A stretch of DNA of 63,607 bases, filler included, from Olpidium bornovanus S191 (GCA_017911155.1; 33 parts of 33 records of this genome joined end to end with filler, not necessarily neighbours in it); one strand, 5' to 3'. Shown: positions 1 to 11,508, numbered from the whole stretch's first letter. Numbers and translations: made by a program. The notes: generated from the sequence alone by a model not told the origin.

Positions 1-399
1 GAGAACTTCCTGGAGGAAAAAGAAAACCCGCGGTCGGCGGGGATAAGGGGGAAGCGGGGGAAAGGCGCGTTTTCGCGTGAACATAAAGGGCGCGCCGAAA
101 AAAAAAAAAAAAAAAAAAAAACAAAAGGACAAAAACAACAAAACAAAACAAAAAAAGCAAAAGGACAAAAACAACAACACGTCGCGCTTGTTTCCATGCT
201 TGTTCCCGTCCCCCTCCCCTTTCCCCTGCCTCCGCGCCCCCGAACGCACACGCACAGCCACACGCGCGCGCGCGCGCGGCGAACCCGCGACGGCCGGCGG
301 AGGGAGGGTGCGCAGCGCGGAGTCGGCGGCGGCGGCGGCGTGGGGCGCGGGGAGGGGTTGTGGACGGCTGGGTCACGCGGTTCCAAAAAAAGAGTTCAC

Positions 400-820
400 C
401 TCCAGTAACCACCTCAGCTGATGGGCGAAAAGCGGGTTCACGACCAGGCGCCGCAGCCATTTGATCCCGCCGCGGTCCTTCTGCTGGGACGGCATGATGA
501 ATTCCTCGACATCAAAACCCCCGTCCACGTCGCCGAGCTCGGCCGAGTCCACGACGGCCAGGCCGACGAGAACGTTGTGGCACTCGGCAACGAAGCAGCG
601 CGCGTCCGGATAGGCGTCGGCGGCGGCGGCGGCGTCGGGGGCGGAGGCGGCGGAGGCGGGACGGGGGTTCACCTCCTTGGACGCGTCGTGGCCCACGGCC
701 CTCGAAACCTGCGCGAGCATCTCGTTGGCTGAGGGCAACGGCGCTACTAGCTCCTTTATACCGGACACGTCGGCCTGCAGGGCCGGCCGCACGGACAGGA
801 CCCCGCTCGAACCGTACCGG
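400..820 (-). CDS. CFAP61: Cilia- and flagella-associated protein 61 (N-terminal region), one internal exon
   Basis: Exon bounded by ...attgccag| (820) and |gtgaac (399). Translation ...RPALQADVSGIKELV...RCFVAECHNVLVGLAVV...FDVEEFI...LVVNPLFAHQLRWLLE follows the CFAP61 pattern FVAExxxQIVGIAVI...NIEDFI...LNPIF, as recalled. Confidence 0.75.
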
Positions 821-1279
821 CTGGCAATGTAGAGGCAGTGCCTGCGGCAGGGCGAGGGGGGGACGAGGAGCCGCGAGATAAAAGAAAAGGAAAAGTTATC
901 CGCAAATGAGCGCTTCGTGGACATTTATTTAGACTCCCTCGTGGGCTTTCCGGCGCGCAATATTTGCTTCGAAGGGTGGGGTTGGTCAGGGCGTACCCTG
1001 GTGACATGCCCTGCTTACACGGCACCTTTACAAAGTGCCTCAGGAGGGGAATGTCCGGCATGGTGGACCGGATCGACAGCAGACAGTAATCTCGGTCAGG
1101 GAATGATGCGAACGCGGCCTGTTGGATTAAATAAAAGGAAGAAGTTGCTATGTCGTGGAGAAGTTCTTTGCGTTGTTGANNNNNNNNNNNNNNNNNNNNN
1201 NNNNNNNNNNNNNNNNNNNNNNNTTAATTAATTAANNNNNNNNNNNNNNNNNNNNNNNNNNNNNNNNNNNNNNNNNNNN

Positions 1280-1790
1280 AGGGTCGACGCACCTCGGGAT
1301 CGAATACACCAGCCGTGAGAACCAGGCCGATCTCACCGTATTCACAGACTGCGACTGAGCCGACTGCCGAGAAACCCAAGCGTCGACAACGGCATTCATG
1401 ACTATATGTCAAGGTGGGCCAATTTCATGGAGGTCGGCTTGTCAAAAATGCGTCGCCACATCGTTATGCGAAGCCGAATTTGTCGCTGGATCCGCAGCAG
1501 CACAAGAAGTGGCATGGCTGCGATCCATCTTTAAGAGTACAGATGGTGACGTCATCAAGGAGCCAACGCCACTCTTCATTGATAACTCACGAGCAGCAGA
1601 GCTTGCGGTGGACACCAAAGCGTTAAAACGATCGAAGCACAAGGATATTTGGTATCACTATTGTGGAGGTGCGCTGCGGACAAGGTTATCGCCATTGAAC
1701 GGGTCGATTCATCAGAGGATGTTGCAGATGTCTGCACAAAGCCATTGGATCGACTTAAGTTCGTCAGGTTTCGGGACAGGCTTGGCATGA
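1280..1790 (+). mobile_element. Degenerate Ty1/copia RT C-terminus and RNase H
   Basis: VFTDCD*ADCRETQASTTAFMTICQGGPISWRS..QKCVATSLCEAEFVA...FIDNSRA...RSKHKDIWYHY, then a frameshift to ...SSEDVADVCTKPLDRLKFVRFRDRLGM*. Carries a stop at the conserved Trp and a frameshift. Confidence 0.92.
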
Positions 1791-1897
1791 GTGAAGTCTG
1801 AAGGGCATACGCCAACCGCCAGGAGGAAAGGAATCCAAAAAAACGAATTGTAGAATTTGCAGAACTGCGGTGATTATGGTGGGCATGGTGCACCCAG

Positions 1898-1925
1898 TGA
1901 GTCGGGGGGTTGGAAATAAAGCGAG
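1898..1925 (+). mobile_element. Polypurine tract and start of the 3' LTR of the copia element
   Basis: GAGTCGGGGGG is followed by (G)TTGGAAATAAAG, which resembles the LTR start TGTTAGGAATAAAG at 4958 (minus). It lies about 110 bp after the pol stop. Confidence 0.55.
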
Positions 1926-2226
1926 AACGAATACAATTCTCCCTTCGCCCGTCTTCACACCGGCTCGCTGCGGGCTCCGCCTGCTGGTTCTCCTTGGTCT
2001 ATTTCCCGGCTCCAAAGTCAATAGCACGGATCCTCCTCCTCCGCCACGGCATTAGACAGGCGGAACAAAAAAAAAAAAAAGGCACAGGACAGGAAAAAAA
2101 AAAAAAAAAAAAAAAAAAAGCTAACACACCCGCACGCATGCACACGCACACACCGCATAAATCTCTCCTCACAAAACCCGAGCACGGCTTTAAAGTCCTG
2201 CCCGGATCCCTTTCCGGCGGGTGACA

Positions 2227-4000
2227 ATGCCGCTGACACTCAAGTTCAACAAGCTGGCGGAGAGTGAACTTGCCGCGGCGGAGAAGGTAAAAGCCAGGAA
2301 ACACAGGAGTGAGGAAAGGGGGAGGGGAAGGGTGAGGGAGGGGGAGGGGGGCGAGGGGAGGAAGGGAAGGGAGGAAGGGAAGGGAGGAAGGGAAGGGGGA
2401 AGGACTGAAGGGCTCGAGACGCCGACGCCGAGATGCGCAGACCGCCGGATCAACCTGCGAATTCCCGGGGTGGGGGGAAAAGGGGCCTGGGGGGGTGTGG
2501 GTTGTCCCCTGCCCTCGAAAGAAAACCAACTCCGATCTGCGATCCACTCCGGGACGGACCGCCAGGTTCGGGATCCCGCCTGCACCCGGAGGACTGTCGG
2601 CCTGAGGGGAAAGCGTGCACGCGCGGAGCGGCTTTTTTCACCAAAAGCCGTCTGCCCCGATCGCCACATAGTAACTCTTCCATTTCGAACCTGCCAACTG
2701 ATCTCAGGCATTGTCCGACTTCGGCGACAAGACTGTCCCAGGACTGGGCCTCTCGTTCAACGTGTTCAAGTGGTCGCTGCCGGAAATGCGGGGCTTTGTG
2801 CTTGGCATGTTCAAGCAGCTCGGGACGCTTGACTTCCTCTGCATCTCGCCGTCCGCCCTGCTCGATTTCGTCTGTGACGTTGAGGGCCTCTACCTTCACA
2901 ACCCATACCACAATTTCTTCCACGGCGTTGACGTGCTCTTCATGGTGTACTATATGCTCCACCACATGGAGGTCGCGATGTTCTTGGAGAAGCACGAGAT
3001 CGCGGGGGTCGCAATTGCGGCGCTCTGCCATGACATCGGTCACGTACGTTTTCTCTCCTGAAAATACACGTCGGGAAGAACTGCTGAAAAACGGCGACTT
3101 GTGTCTCTTTTTATTCCGGAGAAGCCTCTAATCTCCAAAATCCACCGTCGCCTCTGCCTTATGCGCATGGCCCTTCGTCGTCCCTCAGCCAGGGCTGAAT
3201 AACGTGTACCAAACCAACGCCAGGACACAGCTGGCTAGGTTGTATAAGGACTCCATTCTGGAGCGCAATTCCATTGCGCTGACGATGACGCTGCTGGAAA
3301 AGCACAAACTGCTTGCCAACATACCCGCTGGCCGGTCCGAGTGGAGCGTTGAACGGCCAGACGATAGCCTGGGGCGCACGACAGCGCGGGACGAGGCGGC
3401 GGCAGAGGAAATCCGGCGGGTGGTGTACGACGTGATCATGGCGACCGACATGCAGAGACATTTCGATCTGTTGGAGAAGTTCGTGAACATAACCGAATCC
3501 ATCGCCGAAAACGATGACGAGATCGAGGATGAGCCCACCGCGGGAGCCTCAGATGCTCCTCTGTCGGCGTCCTCGCCTTCGCTGGTAGTAGGTGACCGTA
3601 ATCTCTTCAAGGACGGAGACGAGTTCGCGGAAGAAGAGAGCGCGCCTCTCCTCAGGTCGGCAGCGAAGTCGGGGCGACCTCAGTCGCCGTTGACGACGGT
3701 TACGATGGCGAGGCACTCGTCAAATGACCTTAACGACCAAGACAATGGTCGCGTCGACTCGGACGAGAGCGATGACGATGAGATTCTCAAGATCTCCGAC
3801 AGCATGCGGACAACTTCTGCGTCGTCGCCGACGCTTTGCGATGTTCCACCGGGGATACTTTCTCCGCTAGGGAGAGGGGGGAGGCCTTTTACCGCGACGC
3901 AAACGGTCGTGACGGATTCTCCGGATAATTTTGCCGCTTTTCCTGCATCGCTCAGCTCTCCTTCGTTCAGCGGAAGCGGGTTGCTCGCCACTCAGCGGCG
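2227..4000 (+). CDS. Class I 3',5'-cyclic nucleotide phosphodiesterase (multi-exon, 3'-truncated)
   Basis: Exons 2708-3043 and 3189-4000 are joined by a GT-AG intron and give NPYHNFFHGVDV...AALCHDIGH|PGLNN...SILERNS...IMATDMQRH. The upstream exons (from the ATG at 2227) are less certain. Confidence 0.93.
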
Positions 4001-4100
4001 NNNNNNNNNNNNNNNNNNNNNNNNNNNNNNNNNNNNNNNNNNNNTTAATTAATTAANNNNNNNNNNNNNNNNNNNNNNNNNNNNNNNNNNNNNNNNNNNN

Positions 4101-4680
4101 AATTATCCTTCTTTCCAAAATGGAGTGTCGGGTATGCAAGCAAAAGGGTCACGTTTCCTTCCGATGCCCGCAGCGGCAAAGAGAAAACGAAGGTAATCAC
4201 GAAAATGAGCACGGTGCACGCACTGATAATCGGCAGAACCAACTCCGGCCCAAGAAAATCAAGTTGAACAAGAACCTCGACTAGCATTGAGCGCCCTAAA
4301 CGCAAAATCTGTGCCTGTCACTGACGCCGCGCAAGTTTACGGCGCCGCTCGCACACGCGCACCAATTTACGTCGACTCCAGGGCAACCGATCACATGTCC
4401 CCGAATATCGAAAGGTTCTCGTACCTTGACAGCAGTCAAAAGACGCGCATTTAAACGGCTAACACTTCCCACAGCTCAGACACCGGCGGAATCGGTACCA
4501 TGGTAATACCCGGTACGGAAATGACGCTCGAACTAAACGATGCACTTTTCGTTCCCCACCTTCGCCACAGTCTTCTGTCCATCTCCAAGACCACCAATCG
4601 CGGAGTCCTGGTGATTTTCAAACTCGACGGATTGCTTCGAAGAGACGGTAAGGTAGTTGCGACCGGTCATCGGTTTTCGA
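4101..4680 (+). mobile_element. Degenerate Ty1/copia gag zinc knuckle and aspartic protease
   Basis: CRVCKQKGHVSFRC (CX2CX4HX4C, 4126-4167), then PIYVDSRATDHMS...RI*TAN...GGIGTMV...DALFVPHLRHSLLSISK. This is the copia protease pattern with DSG changed to DSR and an internal stop. Confidence 0.9.
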
Positions 4681-4727
4681 AATCGGCGTCGACGGACGGC
4701 TTCTCTTCCTTTGGGCAGGGGAGAGTC

Positions 4728-4806
4728 ATTGGTTGGAACGGTTGGGACGGAGAGTCAACGGTTGGACAGAGAGTCAACGGTTGGGCTGGGAAGCAACGGT
4801 TGGGCT
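4728..4806. repeat. Short imperfect repeats with core AACGGTTGG in the 5' leader of the minus-strand copia
   Basis: Four AACGGTTGG copies plus a partial one; GAGAGTCAACGGTTGG occurs twice. Confidence 0.8.
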
Positions 4807-4958
4807 CATAACTTGTATAACTCGGTTTTGAAGAGGAGCTCCAAACAGCTTCTGTATTCCGCCGATCTACCCGGTTTTATGTAGAGGGATCCGGGGGGAA
4901 ATCTCGGGGCTGGTGCGCACAGTGCTACGGTAGCTCAATTCCCCCTTTATTCCTAACA
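4801..4958 (-). mobile_element. Short copia 5' LTR (4814-4958, 145 bp) and primer-binding site (4801-4813) of a second, oppositely oriented element
   Basis: Minus strand reads TGTTAGGAATAAAG...GTTATACA followed directly by AGTTATGAGCCCA, one mismatch from GGTTATGAGCCC (complement of the tRNA-iMet anticodon arm used by copia/Ty5-type elements). Confidence 0.75.
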
Positions 4959-5771
4959 CGACCTTTCCCCCCCCCCCCTTTTACTCTCCAACCGCAAAAT
5001 CAGCGCGTTCGGAACCTGTCCTGAGACGGTCTTTGAAAAATTAAAAAAATATATGCTTGACTCTCGCCCGCCTCGCCTGCAGCACCTTACCCGCGTTGTT
5101 AACCACAGCGCAAGCCGAAAGAAAAAAAAAAAAAAAAAATGGAAAAATACAAACAAATCTATGAAGCATCGCCGCACAAAAACCGTCGCGCAAGATTGTT
5201 TCCTCAAAGATTTTCGTGGGCCGAACAAGAAATGTTTTATTTTTTTGTTTAACTCCGAGGGCCGGACGACCTCTATCAAAAGCGGTCGGAGGCGCGATGC
5301 CGGGGGAAAGAGAGCATGGCGTGGAAAAAGAAAAAGGGGAAGAGGGAAGGGTAAGGAGGAAGAAAAAACAAAAGCGAGAGATAAATGGTTTGATAAGATG
5401 GATGAAAGGAAACATTTCAAAGAGCTGGAATTGGGAATGGAGGAAAGGAGAAAATGGGGGAAATGGGGATCTGGAAAATTCGGGGAAGGCCCGCATGCAA
5501 AAGATAAGAAAAGAAAAGAAAATGATTGGTATGAAATCGCCTTTTTTAATTTCGTATCGAAATAGCCTAAAAGAACGGGCCCGTCAGGACAACGCGAGGA
5601 AGAAGAAATGGGNNNNNNNNNNNNNNNNNNNNNNNNNNNNNNNNNNNNNNNNNNNNTTAATTAATTAANNNNNNNNNNNNNNNNNNNNNNNNNNNNNNNN
5701 NNNNNNNNNNNNCTTTTTTTTTACCGTGTGGGTTGTGCGCGTGTTGTTGTTGTGTGTATGTGCCTTAAGGG

Positions 5772-5803
<32 letters not shown>

Positions 5804-5807
5804 GCGG

Positions 5808-5858
<51 letters not shown>

Positions 5859-5860
5859 AG

Positions 5861-6728
5861 AACAAGGCCGTGCTCGCGGAGCTCGGCCTGGCGTCTCCCG
5901 CCGCGTTTAACGCGAGGCAGAGCGCTTTGTCGGCTTCCGACGAAAACACGCCCCCCGCCGCTCACCCCGGTCGGAAGTCGCAGAGGGCGACGCGGAAGAG
6001 GAAGGCCGCAGACGCCCTGGCGGAAGAGGGGAGCGGCAGCGGCGGCGACGAAGGAGCCGCGGGCGCGGCCGCTCCCGGCCTCCGCAGATCGCAACGGCTG
6101 AAGGCGCTGCGCGCCGCGCCCGAACCCGAGGTAGCCGCCCGCAGATCGCGGCGGCTGAATGCGCTGCGCGCCTCTGCTGAACCCGGGGCCGTTTCCGAGC
6201 TGAGTGACGAGGCCGCCAACGATCGCCAGACGACCGCGGAGACGCGGCGGGCGGGGTCCGTTTCCGGCGAGAAGGCGAAAGGCGCGTCTGGAACGTCAGA
6301 CCGCAGGAAGAAGCAGAAAATTTTCGGAGAAGTGCCCGGCGTCCCGGTGGGGACGACGTGGAAGTTGCGCAGCGAGGTAGCTGCAGCAGGCGTTCACCTG
6401 TGAGCGTGAAATTTTACGTACCCTTGCCCCTTGATGAGGTGATATGTAGGCAGACGTAAGCAAAAGATTAACTACCGCAACGGTTTTTAGCCCTCTAGTA
6501 GCCGGCATTCACGGCTCTGCGACGGAAGGTTGCTATTCCATCGTCCTCAACGGTGGTAAGTAACGGCCGCGACGCGGTCTGCCATTTATGCGCATGCGTC
6601 TGTTCAACATGGAAATGTGCGACCAAAGAAGTATTGGACCTTGCAAATGTTTGTTGCTCACCCGGGATTTCTACGTGCGCTTCTGCACCACCCATAGGCT
6701 ACGAAGACGACGTCGACCACGGCGAAGC
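5861..6728 (+). CDS. SRA/YDG-domain protein (UHRF1-type methyl-cytosine-binding domain), fragment
   Basis: Exons 5861-6399, 6491-6555 and 6698-6728 with canonical GT-AG introns give [57 protein letters not shown]. Confidence 0.95.
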
Positions 6729-6828
6729 NNNNNNNNNNNNNNNNNNNNNNNNNNNNNNNNNNNNNNNNNNNNTTAATTAATTAANNNNNNNNNNNNNNNN
6801 NNNNNNNNNNNNNNNNNNNNNNNNNNNN

Positions 6829-7185
6829 CATGCTCGCGGGCGACAACCCTTTTCACGGGAGCGCCGCCATCATCAACGGCCGCCTGGACACCACGTGGCC
6901 TCAAGTCAGCGAGGGTGCGTCTTTGAAAACGGGCCGCGAGGGTTTTGACCCTCTAAATCCCCGAGTGCCCGGCGTTTTCCGTTGCTTGGCCCGACGGACC
7001 CGGGATGTTGGTTTTTTTCTTGTTTTTTTTTTTTTCGTTTTTTTGAATTCTTGTTCGGTGTTCCAGCCGGCCACGACTTTCTGAACTGGATGTTCACCCG
7101 CGACCCGGAAAACCGTCCGAACGCAGCTCAACTCCTCGGGCACTGGTGGTGGGTAGAGCCGCTCCCCGGCGCGGATGAGTTATGA
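6829..7185 (+). CDS. Ser/Thr protein kinase C-lobe (subdomains IX-XI), last two exons; possibly CAMK/PASK-like
   Basis: MLAGDNPF...TWPQVSE| intron 6915-7066 |AGHDFLNWMFTRDPENRPNAAQLLGHWW...* (xxPF, DPxxRP and HxW motifs). Confidence 0.8.
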
Positions 7186-8032
7186 GTTCATTTTTTTTTT
7201 CTTCTCGTTCGAAAAAGGCGACGTCCGGTTCTGTTGCTTTCCAGCCCTTCTCTCCCCCCCCCCCGCCCACCCTTTTACTCCAATCTTGTTTCACGCTTCA
7301 TGAACGCACCAACCACTCTTCCTTCCCTCCACTTCCCCCCTTCCCCTCCCACCACCCCCCACCCCACCCCGTTGTTGAATCTCATTGTTGCCACGGTCGG
7401 AAGGCGGTCAACATCGTTTCTTTTCAAAAAACTGGTTCCGCGCTGTTCGCGGCGCGCCCGTGAGTCTTTTTTTATTACTCCGCTGACGTGTGACCCCCGT
7501 GAGGTCAAACCCCCTCCGATGACGTGTGAGAGGGGGAGGGAGGCGGCGGCGTTTCAATATGCGAACGGGAGGTTGGGGTGGGGGGGCGGGGAGGGGGGGG
7601 CGGGGAAATCTGCCACGCGCGCGCCCCCGCCTTCTCTCGCCCCAGAAATTTTTGACGTCCACCGCGGCACTGACTCACGGTAACGAAATTTCAAATGTTA
7701 TACGGTTTTTACAGCTTTGAAAATCTCGCATTTTGTATCACACTTCAACGTCGCTGTTTTCGGCAAAACGGCGGTTTCCGCCATCTTGGCGAAATTTTCT
7801 TTATGAGACAGCATGACAGCGCGGTTCTTTGGCGGCTTCCCGGCTCTGTGCGGGCGTGCCACCGGCTTGCGATTATTTCGGTGTTTCGGCATCAGCTTGA
7901 AGTCCAGAGGTTCAGATGGGGGAGGCTATTCCNNNNNNNNNNNNNNNNNNNNNNNNNNNNNNNNNNNNNNNNNNNNTTAATTAATTAANNNNNNNNNNNN
8001 NNNNNNNNNNNNNNNNNNNNNNNNNNNNNNNN

Positions 8033-11000
8033 CCACTCGCAGACCACGTACCCCCGGTTTCCTACGGTGAGGACGACGTGCGCGGTGCCGGCCGCCTTCT
8101 GCTGCTCCAGCAGCGTGCTGGCGAGATGCAGCGGTGTGTCGTTGGAAGCCATGGCTTCGAGCTTCTTCTTCTCGGCCAGCTTTTGCATGCGCTTCTCGGT
8201 CTTCATCTTGCCCGAGTGTTTTCCGTGGAACTTGTGCGATAGGTACCGGAACGCCTGCGAAGGGAGAAGGAGGGTGCAGTTTCAGCGGAACTTTTCCGGC
8301 CGCCGCTCGCCCGGCGCCCGGCTATCCGCAATATCGTGAACGGGGAGACGGCCCGACTTTTCCCCCCGGACACACCTCTTTCTCGTTAAGGATGTTTCCT
8401 TGGTCGTCGAAGTGGTCGAGGTTTATGTCGGGTTTGTAATTCACGAACCGGTCCTGGATTTCGCGCGCCCACTGCCGTTCGCGGTACTCGTTCTGCCGCT
8501 CGCGGTCGCGGTCCCGCGCCTCGCGCTCCCACTCATCCAGGCCGCCCGAGTATCCCCGGCGCTTCTCCTCGACCCGCGTGCGTTCCAACTCGCGGTCGTG
8601 CTCTTTCTCGCGCCGCCGCTCCGCGTCCAACTCTCGATCTCGCTGCTTGAATTCGGCCAACCACTTGGCGCGCTCGTAGCTGATCTTGGCCCGCTCGTCA
8701 TCCTGCTGCGCAGTGACGTCCCGGACGAAACCTGATCGATGGCAAATTGGTAATTTCATCATCAGCGAGATTTTTTTTTCGAGCTTGCAGCGCCTGATCG
8801 CCCACCCGTTAGAGACGGTTGGTGTCACGTGCCTTTCTGTTTGAGAAGCGCCAGGGTCGCCGCCAGCCCCGCGCTAACCAGCGGCTCCTCTTCAATAGGT
8901 TTGATATTCTCTTCCTTCTTGGAACCTTGATCATTATTAATCGCCCCGTCGGCTTCTTCCGCGTCCTCCATGTCCGCGTCGCCCATGACCACCTCCGCCT
9001 CCTCCTCGGGGTTTTGCTGCCGCCATCTCATATCATCTCCCGTCGCCGTCTGCTTCTCTGGGACCTTCGATGCTTCTGTCCGCATTAGGATGGGCTGCGA
9101 GGAGAGGGTGCGGACGAACTCGGTGGCGTCGGAGAGTACGATCCGCTTGTCGTCATCCTCGTCTTCGCCTTCCGCCTCCTTGCCTTGCTCAGCGGATGCT
9201 GCTTCCAGAACTAACAGAAGTTGCGACACGCACGGCAAGGCAGGTCAGGCACACAGCAAACGCAGTACAACTCATTCGAAAAAAGCCAGACACCAACCAG
9301 CCCTCGCAACGTCTTCCACGCTCGATTTTGCAAGTTTCTTCGACTTCAACCGCCGCGACCGAGCCAAAGCGGCCTGGAGATCGTCGTCATCAACGAAGCT
9401 TTGATCCTCGGCGATCTTCCGCGGAGTCATGGCGTGGGCCGTGGGTCCCACTTCCATCGAGTCGGCGTCCTGCGCCGCCGAAGGTTCACGTGCGAACTCG
9501 TCCTCCTCTTCCAAATTCCTCTTCCGGGACTTCTTTTTCTTCTGCATATTTTCTCAGGAATAAGACCTGGCGTTCTTCAACTACGGGGCATTGCTCCGAA
9601 AACACAAGCGGAAAAGGAAATCGCGGCGACGGCTACGTACTTTCGGCTTTTTGAAAGTCGCCATCATTTCCTCCGCGGTGTAGTAGTCGGTCTGCGGCTG
9701 CGGTACAGCTGCATCGCGAAACAGCAAAAAAAAAATCGTAGAACCCGATGGCATCGTTACGACCTGGTTATGCTTGCCGAACAGAGGCGACACATCAGAA
9801 CGCCAAACTGGGAAGTGCTCACAATTATACGCCAAAGACTGACTCTGGAGTTTTTCCTCGACTAAGCCGGCGTCAACAGAAGCAGGACGGCCCACAGGCC
9901 GTGTCGTGCGCAGGCCTTGGCCGCCAAGCACAAACCCTGCCCTCTCTTCCTCCTCGTCGTACTGGGAAAGGATGGTCCTCTTGTTGGGAGCGCCCATCTC
10001 CGTGAACTCGTCGTCGTCGTAGGCAGTGTACGCCTTGCGACCGCGTTTGTTCTCGACGTTCTTGCGGGCGCGCGCGGCTTCGGATATCTGTGCGCTGACC
10101 AGCTCGTCGCCCTCTGAAGCGAACGGAATTCAGCGGAATCAGCGTTGGGGCCAGGGCAGATCTCAGATGAGGAAGGGAGGGGGAGGACCTCCTGTAGGGA
10201 ACGCGGGCGCGAGATTGGATATTGGCTCGCCAACGGGACACGCGAAAGAGGAAGCAACAAAACAAAGAAAACGTCCTTGGGCGCACCGTCGTCCAAAACA
10301 CTGGTGTCCTTCAGGGTGAGAATCTTTTCCTCGCCCTCGGCAAATTCGCTGAAGTCGTGGCCTATACGGATGCCCGCCAGGTCTTCGGAGGTGTACTTTG
10401 CCCGGTTGGCGGAAGCTGCCGCGGCCTCGGCGGCCTGGCGGTCCTGTTCCTCGAGCTCCAAGGCGCGCTTAGCCGCGATGTCTTTCTCCTTGTCCGCCGC
10501 CCTCTTCCTCTGGCGCGACACCCACTTGCGAGGGTCCAGCAGCGCGTCGTCCGCGTCGTCGGCCTCGCCGAGGCCGCTGCCGCCCAGCTTCTCGCGCAGC
10601 TTCTGCTGGTTGCGCGCCTTCTCGATGCGTTCGCGCACGTCGGCGGCTTTCGCCTCCTGCGCCTGCTTTCGCCGGTGCTCCTCGTACCGCTTCTCCGCCT
10701 CCTGCTCCTTGGTCTCCGAAGGCCCAACATCCAGCGGCTTGAGGCCGAGGGATATGCGGAGCTTGCTGCAGGGGGGCCAAAGGAAAACGGCGGGCGGGAA
10801 AAAGAACTCAGCGATGGGCGGCGGCCGGAAGGAGACCTAATCGCGAAGGGCTGGGAAGCGAACCGATCGGGGCGCGCTTCACGAGATTCCCCGCCGGTTG
10901 CACACGCGCGCGTCCAGGCGTATCGGCGAAGGGCGGGGCAGGAAAGAGACGAGAAAGGCCTGGAAGCGAGCCGATCGGGCGCGGTTCACGAGACCACCGC

Positions 11001-11370
11001 CGACTGCGCATGTACGCAGCGTGCGAGCACGCTAACACGCCCGGATTTCGAGGACTGGCCTGGCCCGGTAAGCGCGACAGCTGGCACCCACAGGGGGTCT
11101 TCTCCGGCCGGCACGACACGGGCGTCCCAGAGAAAAAGGGGGGGACAGAGGGGGAAGAGAGAGAGAAAAAGCGGGAGGAGGAAAAGCACGCACTTCGTCT
11201 CTTTGATTGACAGCGACACGTCCGCACCGCCGGCGGGCGGGCCAGGTGGCGAGTCTGCTGCGAAGATGCAAAGGCAGGCGGTAACGGACAACGTGAGCGG
11301 GTGAATTATCTGGCGAGACGGACGGGAGAAAAAGGCGGGGGATTCCCCGCACACAGCGGCGTCCTCCGCC

Positions 11371-11416
<46 letters not shown>

Positions 11417-11474
11417 GGGGCGCCCCCCCCCCCCCCCCTCCCCCCCCCCGCCCCCCCCCCCCCCCCCCCCCTCC

Positions 11475-11508
<34 letters not shown>

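Noticed and set aside
77-421. Poly-Lys, poly-Phe, poly-Gly and poly-Pro ORFs throughout the track
   Set aside because: Translations of homopolymer tracts in introns and intergenic DNA.
1224-1235. Regularly recurring TTAATTAATTAA as a biological repeat or CRISPR repeat
   Set aside because: Always embedded in 44 N on each side; an artificial six-frame-stop linker.
7770-7790. CGCCATCTT (YY1-like) promoter motif
   Set aside because: A single short match with no linked gene start.
10222-11304. 360-aa plus-strand ORF, and similar long antisense ORFs (e.g. 20497-21423, 49958-50830, 53395-54348)
   Set aside because: Shadows of GC-rich genes on the opposite strand, or stop-poor GC sequence; no recognisable motifs.
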